This document shows positions 20,303-29,254 of a stretch of 64,000 nt of DNA, piece after piece (the stretch's first letter is position 1; each line of letters starts with the position of its first letter). A model generated the notes under the pieces. It had not been told where the DNA came from. It saw only the letters and a program-made list of their open reading frames with translations, and did not search any database. Position numbers and translations under genes: made by a program. Source of the stretch: Planctomycetota bacterium (lineage in GTDB: Bacteria > Planctomycetota > B15-G4). Location: assembly GCA_965248575.1 (NCBI GenBank), contig CBDFJQ010000002.1, positions 2,368,001 to 2,432,000 of the forward strand, given 5' to 3'.

Positions 20303-20498
20303 GAGTGCTCCCTGGTTTGGAATCGGCTCTCTATGCGCAGAGGCTACTTCGGATTGCGCTCCGTTCTCAGTTCGCTTGAAATTCGCACCCACCCCTCTCG
20401 GCCACCACCAAACGTCACAACGCCTCCGGAGGCCTCGAACCCTTGTCGAGAGCCGGTCGGCGACGCCTTACGGCGCCTGAGTGACGCGAGGCTTCTGA

Positions 20499-21746
20499 CT
20501 AGAAGAAGTTGGGCGTCTCCACGATCAAGGTCGCGAAATACTTGTCGATGCTCTTGGACTTGAAGCCGAACAACTGAGCCTGGATCAGAAGGGCCGCCCA
20601 GCGCGCCTTGTTCGCCCGATTGGCCAGGGCCTTGTTGGACGATTTGTCCTTCTTCTCCAGCTTGGCCGCCAACTTGGAGCTCTTGTTCAACCGCTTCATG
20701 CCCTTCGTGATGCTGCGATCGGCGAGCTTCACCTCGGCCGACTCGTGGATCGTGCCCTTGGACATGGCGTCCGCCAGGGCGTCCTCCGCGGCCTCGAGGA
20801 AGAAGAGCCCGATATCGAGGTAGAAATTCACGAGCGCCGGATCGCTTCCCAGCTGAGCGTTGACCCACGCCGTTTCGATGTACGAGAGCGCCACCGCCGC
20901 GTTCATCGCGGCCGGCACTTCATCCCCGCCAGCGATCATGTTCTCGCTGCGAATGAAGAGGTTCCGGAAGAACATCTGCGCACCCTTGTCGAGGTCATGG
21001 GCACCGAAGGACATGGAGAACGGAACGCCGCCAGGGATGGGTACGGCATCGTTGAAGTTGAAGAACACACCTTCCTCGAAGTCGCCCCCTGGGTTGGCCG
21101 AGAGGAAGCGACCCTTTTCGTCCCAGAACATGTGCAGGGCGATCTCGGTCACGCCTGCAAAGATCACCGGCATTCCCAGCGGTCCCGCCTGGTCCTCAGC
21201 GCTGACGCTGAGACCCTGACTGGCGTCGTCCCAGGTTGCGGTCACGCGTAGGGACAGCGGGACACCCTCGCCCACGTCCGCGAACTGGCTGATCTCGAAG
21301 TAGCCGGCCGACTGCCCATCGACGAGGCCGCCTTTCGAGGGGTCGACCTCGATCAGGATGCCGCTGTCAAAGCTGTCCGAGAACTCCCGGCCATAGGTCA
21401 GTTGATGGTAGGCGCCGTCCTTCTTGGCGCGCATCAGCAAGCGCTTGATCTTCTTGCCTACCGCGTCGCTGAAGTAACCAGACTTGACGACGCTCATGTC
21501 CTTGGGATCAGCATCGTCGGGGTCGGGCTCAAACGGCAGGCCCGGGAAGGACAGGTCGAGGATGGTGACCCCCACCTCGCCGAAGGACTGCATGCCGCCA
21601 GCTTCTTCGATGGGGTTCGTAGGAATGCAGAAGCCGCCCGGACAGCAGATGACGCTGAAGCCATCCACGGCCCCGGCGCTCGCCAACCACGAGAGGATCA
21701 GGAGGTTGATGAGCCGATTGAAGGACAAGCTGGTGAGCATGTTCAT
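20499..21746 (-). CDS. Secreted hypothetical protein with Lys-rich helical C-terminus
   Basis: Signal peptide (LASAGA), CCPGGFC near the mature N-terminus, coding-like composition. Start 21746 or 21740. Confidence 0.65.
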   Translation of the reverse strand: MNMLTSLSFNRLINLLILSWLASAGAVDGFSVICCPGGFCIPTNPIEEAGGMQSFGEVGVTILDLSFPGLPFEPDPDDADPKDMSVVKSGYFSDAVGKKIKRLLMRAKKDGAYHQLTYGREFSDSFDSGILIEVDPSKGGLVDGQSAGYFEISQFADVGEGVPLSLRVTATWDDASQGLSVSAEDQAGPLGMPVIFAGVTEIALHMFWDEKGRFLSANPGGDFEEGVFFNFNDAVPIPGGVPFSMSFGAHDLDKGAQMFFRNLFIRSENMIAGGDEVPAAMNAAVALSYIETAWVNAQLGSDPALVNFYLDIGLFFLEAAEDALADAMSKGTIHESAEVKLADRSITKGMKRLNKSSKLAAKLEKKDKSSNKALANRANKARWAALLIQAQLFGFKSKSIDKYFATLIVETPNFF

Positions 21747-22029
21747 GAGGAGTTGTTCCACGATGTGCCGGCTGACATGCGATCGATCTCGGGCAGCCCC
21801 GGCCCTCGCAGTGTGCACCCCGAAACAGAGGTACGACTCGCTGCACGGCCTCAAGCAGAACGCCGCCCTTCCGAACCCCGAGTCTAGCAACGAGAGCAAC
21901 GCTCGTGTGTCTCCTCCAGGATCCTCACCCGTGAAGCGATTGCTGAAGTAAACTCGTCGGCCTTCTCCCGACCCGGCTCAGCGCTCATCCAAGCTGGCCG
22001 AGCTGGCCCATGCACCCCGGATTCCCGCC

Positions 22030-23661
22030 ATGTTCCGTTCTGCCCGTACTCGTCGCCCCCTGCTCCTCGCCTCTCTCCTGCTGGGGCTCGCCACGACGGC
22101 ACCCGCCCAGAGCCCGGCCCCCGGCCACCGACTCTACTCACCCTCCAGCGGGACCAACTCCATCTTGGTGGACAACCAAGGCACGGTGATCCACACCTGG
22201 CCGTCGAGCTTCAACGTCGGCAACACTCTCTATCTCGAAGACGGTGGCTCGCTGATCCGCACGATTCGAACCGGCGTCTCAGGCCCGGGCGGTGGCACCG
22301 GCGGAGGCATGCAGCGGCTGGCCCTGGACGGCACGCAGACTTGGCGCTTCGACTACGACACCGGTGGAAACATCCATCACCACGACGTCGAGCCCCTGCC
22401 CAACGGCAACGTGATGATGGTCGCCTGGGAACAGAAGACGGGCGCCGAGGCCATCGCTGCCGGGCGCAACCCAGCGCTCGTGGGAACCTCCTTCTTCCCG
22501 GACCACATCATCGAGGTGGAACGCACCGGGCCGACCACTGGCGCCATCGTCTGGGAATGGCACGTCTGGGACCACCTGATCCAGGACTTCGACGCGGGCG
22601 AGGGCAACTTCGGTGACCCCGCCCTGCACCCCGAGCTGCTCGACATCAACTACCCGGCCAACTTCGTGTCGGACTTCAACCACGTCAACAGCATCGACTA
22701 CGACCCGGTCAACGACTGGGTCGTCATCAGCTCCAACTTTCAGGACGAGTTCTGGATCATCGACCACAGCACGACGACGGCCGAGGCTGCGAGCCATAGC
22801 GGCGGCGACCATGGCAAGGGCGGCGACTTCCTCTACCGCTGGGGCAACCCCGAGTCCTATCGGGCTGGCACCGTGGCGGACAAGAAGCTGTTCCGGCAGC
22901 ACGGAGTGAAGTTCATTCCCGCAGGCCTGCCCGGTGAGGGCAACGTCTTGCTCTTCAACAACCAGATCGCCCCCTCGAGCCGCGTAGAAGAGATCGTGCT
23001 ACCGCTCGACGTCAGCGGCAACTTCATCCTCGACCCGAGTGGCATGTATGGGCCGACGGCCCCCGTCTGGACCTACCAGGACCCGGGCATGCAGTCCAAC
23101 ATCATGGGCAGCGCCGTCCGGCTCCCGAACAACAACACGCTGATCTCCTCGACGCTGCAGGGTCGGCTGTTCGAGATCACCACGGCCGGCGTGAACGTGT
23201 GGGAGATCAACCCGCCGGGAGGTACGGGCGGCGCCTTCCACGCCAGCTATACCGAGCGCAGCTTCTGGACAAACAAGCGTGAGCTCTCAGCCTTCACGCC
23301 GGGAGACTCCCTCGACTTCGACCTGATCGCCGGTTCGCAGTTCGCTGGCGACACCTACGTCGTGCTCGGTTCGGTGAACGGCACCTCGCCCGGCATCCCC
23401 TTGGGCGGCGGCCTGACCCTGCCGCTCGTCTTCGACTGGTACACCCAGTTGAGCTTCCAGATGGCGGGTTCTGCGACCTTCAACAACTTCATCGGCGTGC
23501 TCGATGGCCAAGGGCGCGGCACCGCCAGCCTGGTGGTCCCGCCGAGCCTGCCCGCGAGCGTGATCGGCATGCAGTTGAGCCACGCCTTCCTGATCACGGA
23601 TGCGGGCTTCAGCACCTTCAAGGCCGTCAGCAATGCGGAGAACGCCGTCTTCACGATGTAG
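22030..23661 (+). CDS. Aryl-sulfate sulfotransferase (ASST) family beta-propeller with C-terminal SNA-ending domain
   Basis: HHDVEPLPNGNVM, IVWEWHVWDH, DFNHVNSIDY, LYRWGNP, QHG, LLFNN, RLPNNNTLI; signal peptide. Confidence 0.85.
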   Translation: MFRSARTRRPLLLASLLLGLATTAPAQSPAPGHRLYSPSSGTNSILVDNQGTVIHTWPSSFNVGNTLYLEDGGSLIRTIRTGVSGPGGGTGGGMQRLALDGTQTWRFDYDTGGNIHHHDVEPLPNGNVMMVAWEQKTGAEAIAAGRNPALVGTSFFPDHIIEVERTGPTTGAIVWEWHVWDHLIQDFDAGEGNFGDPALHPELLDINYPANFVSDFNHVNSIDYDPVNDWVVISSNFQDEFWIIDHSTTTAEAASHSGGDHGKGGDFLYRWGNPESYRAGTVADKKLFRQHGVKFIPAGLPGEGNVLLFNNQIAPSSRVEEIVLPLDVSGNFILDPSGMYGPTAPVWTYQDPGMQSNIMGSAVRLPNNNTLISSTLQGRLFEITTAGVNVWEINPPGGTGGAFHASYTERSFWTNKRELSAFTPGDSLDFDLIAGSQFAGDTYVVLGSVNGTSPGIPLGGGLTLPLVFDWYTQLSFQMAGSATFNNFIGVLDGQGRGTASLVVPPSLPASVIGMQLSHAFLITDAGFSTFKAVSNAENAVFTM

Positions 23662-23673
23662 AGAAGCAACATC

Positions 23674-23711
23674 GGCAGGGCGGATGGCCCGGTCGGGCTA
23701 GCCGCCCTGCC
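23674..23711. other. Intergenic stem-loop without U-tract between the ASST and sulfatase genes
   Basis: GGCAGGGCGG...CCGCCCTGCC 10-bp stem plus inner TGGCCC/GGGCTA stem. Confidence 0.45.
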
Positions 23712-23734
23712 CAAGCGGCGATAGGCTTCTCTTC

Positions 23735-25150
23735 ATGTTGCTCCCGCATCTCTGTTCGAGTTTTGTCGCCCTGCTGGGCAAGGCCGCTTGGATCGGCGTC
23801 GGCGCCCTTGCACTCAGCGGCACGGCCTGGGCGGGAGAAACCTTCGATCGTCCGAACCTGCTGGTCATCGTCGCCGACGATGTGGGCGTCGACATCGTGG
23901 GAGCCTACGGAGAGCACCCGCAACCGGCGCTCACCCCCAACATCGACCGCCTGGCCAGCGATGGCGTCCTTTTCCGGACGGTGTGGGCCAACCCGAAATG
24001 TAGCCCCACGCGAGCGACGATCCTCACGGGCCGCTACGCCTTCCGGACAGGAATCGGAGAGGTGCTCAGCTTCTCCCCGACGCCCGGAGTCGCCCCGGAG
24101 TTTGGGCTCACACCAGATCAGATCACCCTGCCTCGGCTCCTGGCAGAGCGTGGCTACAACTCGGGCGCCATGGGCAAGTGGCACCTGGCGACGAACGAGA
24201 GCCTGGAGCAGGGGTTTCGGCACGCGGCCTACTCGGGCTTCCAGCTGCACGCCGGAACCATGCAGAACGCGGGCTACTTCATCTGGCAGAAGAACGTGGC
24301 CACGAAGTCCATGGACAGCCAGATCTTTGAAACGGGCTATTCGCCCAGCTCGAACGTGGACGACACGCTCAACTACATTGATCGCATGGGCGACGACCCG
24401 TGGTTCATCTGGCTCGCCTTCAACTCGGCGCACAGCCCCTGGCACCAACCGCCAGATGATCTGCTCAGCGCCGCCACCTTGGCAGGGATCCCGCCCGTGG
24501 TGAACCCTCCCATTCTCTACCGGGCCATGGTCGAAGCCATGGACTCCGAGATCGGCCGGTTGCTGGCGAGCCTGGCACCCGGTGTCCGGGAGCGGACGAT
24601 CGTCGTCGTCATGGGTGACAACGGAACACCCGGGCCCGCGGTCACCCTCCCCTCCACCCTGCCCGCGAAGGGCTCGCTCCGGGAAGGCGGCCTCCGCGTC
24701 CCGCTCATCATGTCGGGGCCCGGAATCGCCTCCCCCGGCCGCGAAGTCACGGCCTTGGTGAACAGCACGGACCTGCACGCCACGCTGCTAGAACTGGCAG
24801 GCGCCCGCCCCGCGGAAGGCACCGATTCCAACTCGCTGGTACCTCACCTGCTGGACCCGCACGCCGCAGCGCGACGCCACCAAATCTACGCCGAGCGCTT
24901 CCGGCCCAACGGCTTCAGCAACTACACCCTGCACGGCCGGACCATTCGCAGCGCCCGCTTCAAACTCGTGCGCAATGAGCTCACCGGCGGCGCGCAGTTC
25001 TACAACATCGCCCAAGACCCGGATCAGCAGTTGAACCTGATCGGCATGGGCATGCCGGCCCTGAGCCCGGTGGAGCAGGCGGCCTTCGACGAGCTGGAGC
25101 TGGCCCTCGCCGCCCATGTGACAAACGTGCCGGGCCCCCGGCAACGCTGA
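23735..25150 (+). CDS. Formylglycine-dependent sulfatase (Cys-type)
   Basis: PNLLVIVADD, CSPTRATILTGR, GKWHL, GDNG, KGSLREGGLRVPLI. Confidence 0.9.
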   Translation: MLLPHLCSSFVALLGKAAWIGVGALALSGTAWAGETFDRPNLLVIVADDVGVDIVGAYGEHPQPALTPNIDRLASDGVLFRTVWANPKCSPTRATILTGRYAFRTGIGEVLSFSPTPGVAPEFGLTPDQITLPRLLAERGYNSGAMGKWHLATNESLEQGFRHAAYSGFQLHAGTMQNAGYFIWQKNVATKSMDSQIFETGYSPSSNVDDTLNYIDRMGDDPWFIWLAFNSAHSPWHQPPDDLLSAATLAGIPPVVNPPILYRAMVEAMDSEIGRLLASLAPGVRERTIVVVMGDNGTPGPAVTLPSTLPAKGSLREGGLRVPLIMSGPGIASPGREVTALVNSTDLHATLLELAGARPAEGTDSNSLVPHLLDPHAAARRHQIYAERFRPNGFSNYTLHGRTIRSARFKLVRNELTGGAQFYNIAQDPDQQLNLIGMGMPALSPVEQAAFDELELALAAHVTNVPGPRQR

Positions 25151-25288
25151 AGAAGGCGACGAGGGTCGCCCCAAGGCATTCCTCAACACAGCCGCAGGGG
25201 ATTGGCCTATCGTCGACGATTCGTGAATCGGGCTCCACTCGGTCAACACGCCGGCTTGAGCCCACCCCCTCGGGTGTGGAGTGAGATC

Positions 25289-26545
25289 TTGCAGGCCAAT
25301 TTTCGACACCCGTTTGCGCTCGTAGCCCTCGCGCTCCTGGTCCCGCTCGCAGCGCCGGTCTCAGCTCAACGCGGCGACGTGGAGCTGAAGCGCGTCTCGC
25401 GCCTGGAGCAAGCTCACCGACTCTCGCCCGCGCCCCCGGCCAACATGATCCGTCGCGCAGACCTGCGTGCAGGCGAGCGTCCCATCATCATGCTGACCGG
25501 GTACTGGCCACCCACCAACGACATGATCCGCCAGTTCAGTGACGACCCGATCCAGAACCCCACGGGTTGGGTTGGCCTCGACTGGGAAGGGCGTGGCTAT
25601 GACATCTACGCCTACTTTCCAGAGTTCCCCGATGGCGGTGGGCTGGGCGGCTTCGGCAAAGGGGTGGGTGACCTGGAGGTGGACTACCAGGACACCTCCA
25701 ACGACTTCTGGCCCCTGGCGAACAACCTCACGCCGCTTGCCGTGATCACGTTCAGCCGCGGCAACAACGACATGAGCTGGGAAGTCGAGATGAACCAGCA
25801 CAACAAGGACAACTGGATCGGCGACTACCTCCCTCCGATCAATCCCACGCCGAATCCTCCGGATGACAGCGTGCCTGCCGACTTCCTGCGCCTGTCGAGC
25901 TTGCCCTTGCAGGACATCGTCGACGCCGTGGCGATGTTGCCCTTCAACATCGTGCCGTTCATCTGTTTCACGGGCGACGGTGGAGGCTTTCTCTCCGAGT
26001 TCATCGCCTACCACGGCGTGTGGTACCGCTCCCTGCACGACCAGCCTTCGGACCCCGCCTGGTGTGCGGCGGCGGGGCACATCCATGTGGGCGGGCAGAT
26101 CCCCACCAACCGCGCGCGGGTTGCGGCCGAGACTTCGATCCGGGCCGTGATCGACACCCTCGACCAGATCGTTCCGAAGGTCGTGTGCCAAGTGGACCTC
26201 GGCTTCGCCGGCCCCGGGAACACGACGCTCTCGGTCTGCGGCGATGCCCTGCAGAGCGGGGGTGAAGTGGACGTTCTGCTGAGCGGTGCGTTGCCGCACT
26301 CGACGGCGTTCCTGGCCTTTGGTTTGAACAACTCCCCGACGGCTTTCCTCGGCGGCACCCTGGTGCCGGTCCCGATCCTCAAGCTCATGGCGTTCACCAC
26401 TGATGCCGAGGGCGAACTGCTGCTGCGCGGGGTGAAAGGCGGTGGCGGACCCAGCACCGGTTACCTGCAGGCGATCGTCGCCGACGCCCATCAGGCCTCG
26501 GGCTACGGGCTCTCGAATGCCCTCGAGCTCGACTTCCTTCCGTAG
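25289..26545 (+). CDS. Secreted pyroglutamyl-peptidase-I-like (C15-fold) protein with C-terminal SNA-ending domain
   Basis: IMLTGYWPP resembles the C15 N-terminal L(V)TGFxPF; DGGGFLSE aligns with the nucleophile motif; AGHIHVG aligns with GFIHVP. TTG start with GGAG RBS; signal peptide. Confidence 0.6.
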   Translation: MQANFRHPFALVALALLVPLAAPVSAQRGDVELKRVSRLEQAHRLSPAPPANMIRRADLRAGERPIIMLTGYWPPTNDMIRQFSDDPIQNPTGWVGLDWEGRGYDIYAYFPEFPDGGGLGGFGKGVGDLEVDYQDTSNDFWPLANNLTPLAVITFSRGNNDMSWEVEMNQHNKDNWIGDYLPPINPTPNPPDDSVPADFLRLSSLPLQDIVDAVAMLPFNIVPFICFTGDGGGFLSEFIAYHGVWYRSLHDQPSDPAWCAAAGHIHVGGQIPTNRARVAAETSIRAVIDTLDQIVPKVVCQVDLGFAGPGNTTLSVCGDALQSGGEVDVLLSGALPHSTAFLAFGLNNSPTAFLGGTLVPVPILKLMAFTTDAEGELLLRGVKGGGGPSTGYLQAIVADAHQASGYGLSNALELDFLP

Positions 26546-26584
26546 CGGCGCTTCACCGGAACCCTCGGGTTCACCCACAACGCA

Positions 26585-26620
26585 ACACGGGCCGGACTTC
26601 CGTGGAAGCCCGGCCCGTGT
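26585..26620. terminator. Stem-loop between convergent genes (probable terminator)
   Basis: ACACGGGCCGG...CCGGCCCGTGT 11-bp stem plus CTTC/GAAG inner pairs. Confidence 0.65.
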
Positions 26621-26638
26621 CCTTCAACTCAAGCGGCC

Positions 26639-28114
26639 TTAGTTCAGCGGGCAGCCCGACTCGTTCAGGCCCTCAAAGACGTCCTTGAGGTTGGTGTAGT
26701 CGTTGTCGTTCCCCGACGGGTAGACGTCGTTGAACATGTCGATGACATCCTGAGCCGAGGGGCCGTAGTCGACCCCGTCGTTCGCACCGTTCAGCAGGGC
26801 TGCCACGGTGTGTCGCCCCAAGGCAATGAGACCTCCGCCGCCCTGGTCTGCCACCTGCACCAGCGTCATGCCAGGGAAGGCATCCTCGAAGACACTCGAG
26901 AAGAGCGTGTTCGGGGTGTAGGGGGCCGGCCAGCTGTCGAAGTGCTGGGGCTGCTTCCAGTAACCCGGCGTGCATCCCTCACCCACGTTCGGAGGCTCGC
27001 AGTAGCCGAAGTCGAAGCTGCGATCCACCTCACCCGGGTCCAGCAGGGTCCGAACAGGGCTGCAATCGTTGTCCAACTGGTCGTCGCCACCCTGGTCGCA
27101 GGGGGCAGGCGTGAAGCCAGGCGGAAGCGTCGACTCATCGACACAGATGCTGTAGCGGCTCGTGCACAGGTTCGAGAAGAGGTACTCGCCGTTGGCGTCT
27201 GTCGTCGTCGAAGCCACGAACTGGCCGAAGCGGTTCTTCAGGACGATGAACACGTTGGGGATACCCGGCTCGCCGGGGTCCTGGATGCCGTCGCAGTTCT
27301 TGTCGTTCCAGACGAAGTCGCCCAGCTCACCGGAGCAGAGCGGCTTGGTGCTGTACTTGATGTCGTCGATGGCACCGGAGCCGTTCAAGGACACGGCCAT
27401 GGCGCTGACACCGGCCACATCACCGAGGTCCACAACGGCCAGGCCGTTGTCACCGGTGTTGGGCAGGATCACCACGGCACCCATGGACTGCATGGCGGCG
27501 TCGAAGAACTCCACGGTGGCCAGGGGCTCGTCGGACTCCACGTCGAGAATCGTTATCTCGTGGATGGTGACGGTGCCCAGGGCGCTGAAGTCGAAGCTGA
27601 ACAAGCTGCCGGGAAGGTCCGCGTCATCCGGGTCATCAATGAAGCCATCGCCGTCGCCGTCCACCAGGTCTTCGGCGATGATCAGGACGTTGAGCTGCTC
27701 GGCATCGTTCTGGAAGGGGCTGCCAGCCTCACCGCCGAGGTTGTCCCCCAGGTTGCTGTCGATGCCGGGCCCAAAGAAGTCGATGTTGGGCGTGCCCAGG
27801 TCCGAGTCACCGCCCGTGCGCATCGCGGAGTCGAAGATGATGGCGGCGTTCGTCGCCATGCCGAAGGACGGGTTGAAGCCGTTCACCAGGATGGGGCCGC
27901 TGCCGCCGGCGCCGTAGACCGAGGAGATGATCTCACCGGTGCCGCGGTTCTCGAAGTCGATCACGTCGGGCGTGCCCATCACGGCTTGAGGGGTGATCTT
28001 GCCTCGCGCCTTGACGGTTCCGCCGAGCCCGAAGCTCTGGGCTTCGACCGTGTCGGCCAGGCCGACTGCCAAAAATACGCCTGCGAGGAGGCCGTGGAAG
28101 AGTGTGCGCGTCAT
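26639..28114 (-). CDS. Secreted SdrD B-like domain protein with C-terminal GCTPGYWK domain
   Basis: LGDFVWNDKNCDGIQDPGEPGI...TTTDANGEYLF...DFG (SdrD-B/Cna-B pattern); GCTPGYWKQ...RHTVAALLN; signal peptide from MTRTLF. Confidence 0.8.
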   Translation of the reverse strand: MTRTLFHGLLAGVFLAVGLADTVEAQSFGLGGTVKARGKITPQAVMGTPDVIDFENRGTGEIISSVYGAGGSGPILVNGFNPSFGMATNAAIIFDSAMRTGGDSDLGTPNIDFFGPGIDSNLGDNLGGEAGSPFQNDAEQLNVLIIAEDLVDGDGDGFIDDPDDADLPGSLFSFDFSALGTVTIHEITILDVESDEPLATVEFFDAAMQSMGAVVILPNTGDNGLAVVDLGDVAGVSAMAVSLNGSGAIDDIKYSTKPLCSGELGDFVWNDKNCDGIQDPGEPGIPNVFIVLKNRFGQFVASTTTDANGEYLFSNLCTSRYSICVDESTLPPGFTPAPCDQGGDDQLDNDCSPVRTLLDPGEVDRSFDFGYCEPPNVGEGCTPGYWKQPQHFDSWPAPYTPNTLFSSVFEDAFPGMTLVQVADQGGGGLIALGRHTVAALLNGANDGVDYGPSAQDVIDMFNDVYPSGNDNDYTNLKDVFEGLNESGCPLN

Positions 28115-28341
28115 GATGTTTTTCCCGAGTGAAAGCCCCAAATGGCTGCTGGTGTGGCTGCCATGAGACGAAGAGAAGTGACTTGAGGTTGAAAGATCTG
28201 CCCCGAAACAGCACATCTGATCAAAAGGGCGTCAAAGGACTTCCTTGAAACGCCCCTTCAGGACGGCTGCTTCGTCTTGTCAGACTATCACCATTGGGAT
28301 GCTTGGCAAGCCGGACACGAGCGCGTTGGAGGCCCGTTTCC

Positions 28342-28935
28342 TCAGCGTAGGGCGCGCCGCACGCTCTTTCGCAACTCGGGCAGGACGTCCTGCTCGAACC
28401 AAGGGTTCTTGGCGAGCCAGATGTTGTTGCGGGGGCTGGGGTGTGGGAGTGGCAGCAAGGCCGCACCTGCGCTGCGCCAATCCTTCACGGTTTCGGTCAG
28501 CGATCGACGCGGCCCCGGTAGGTGCCAGCGTTGTGCCGACTGCCCCACCACCAAAGTGAGCTTGAGCTTGCCCATGACGTCGAGCATCGGCTGTCTCCAG
28601 GCGGGAGCACACTCGGGCCGCGGCGGCAGGTCGCCGGACTTCCCGCTCCCGGGAAAGCAGAAGCCCATGGGCAAGATGGCCACCTGCTTGGCGTCGTAGA
28701 ACACCTCGCGTGACACCCCCATCCACTCGCGGAGGCGCTCACCGCTTGCATCCTCGAAGGGAACGCCGCTCTCGTGGACGCGGCGACCGGGTGCCTGCCC
28801 CGCCACCAGCACCCGGGCTTCGGGATGCACTTGGAAGACGGGGCGAACCCCATCTACCAAGGAATCCTCGCAGAGACTGCAAGCGCTCGCATCGCGCACC
28901 AGTCGGTCGAACGCTTTCTTCTCTGCGGCCTTCAT
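28342..28935 (-). CDS. Uracil-DNA glycosylase superfamily protein (UDG-like)
   Basis: GQAPG, SGERLREW, MGFCFPG, DLPPRPEC, LPHPSPRN. Confidence 0.88.
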   Translation of the reverse strand: MKAAEKKAFDRLVRDASACSLCEDSLVDGVRPVFQVHPEARVLVAGQAPGRRVHESGVPFEDASGERLREWMGVSREVFYDAKQVAILPMGFCFPGSGKSGDLPPRPECAPAWRQPMLDVMGKLKLTLVVGQSAQRWHLPGPRRSLTETVKDWRSAGAALLPLPHPSPRNNIWLAKNPWFEQDVLPELRKSVRRALR

Positions 28936-29254
28936 GCGGGAGTTGCTCCAGCTTCGCCGAACCTGAACCCCAGCTTGAGCACCTTCGGCGCTTCCGGCGC
29001 TGCACGGCCTCTGGGAAGTATCGAGAGGCGGGGCATCATGGCTGATCCCTGAGATGAGAGGAGAAACGAACACGCCATGGGCGGCGTCAGGAGTGACCGC
29101 ATCGAATCGCAGGGCCCTCCGATGCCCCTCCTGCTCGTGGGTTCCGCCTAGTCCGTATGTCTTGCCTAAAACTTGTGGCTCGGACGATGTGCGGAATCGC
29201 TTTCAGGCGCTTGCTAGGCTGCACTGTGGCAAATCACCTGGAGGAACTCACAGC

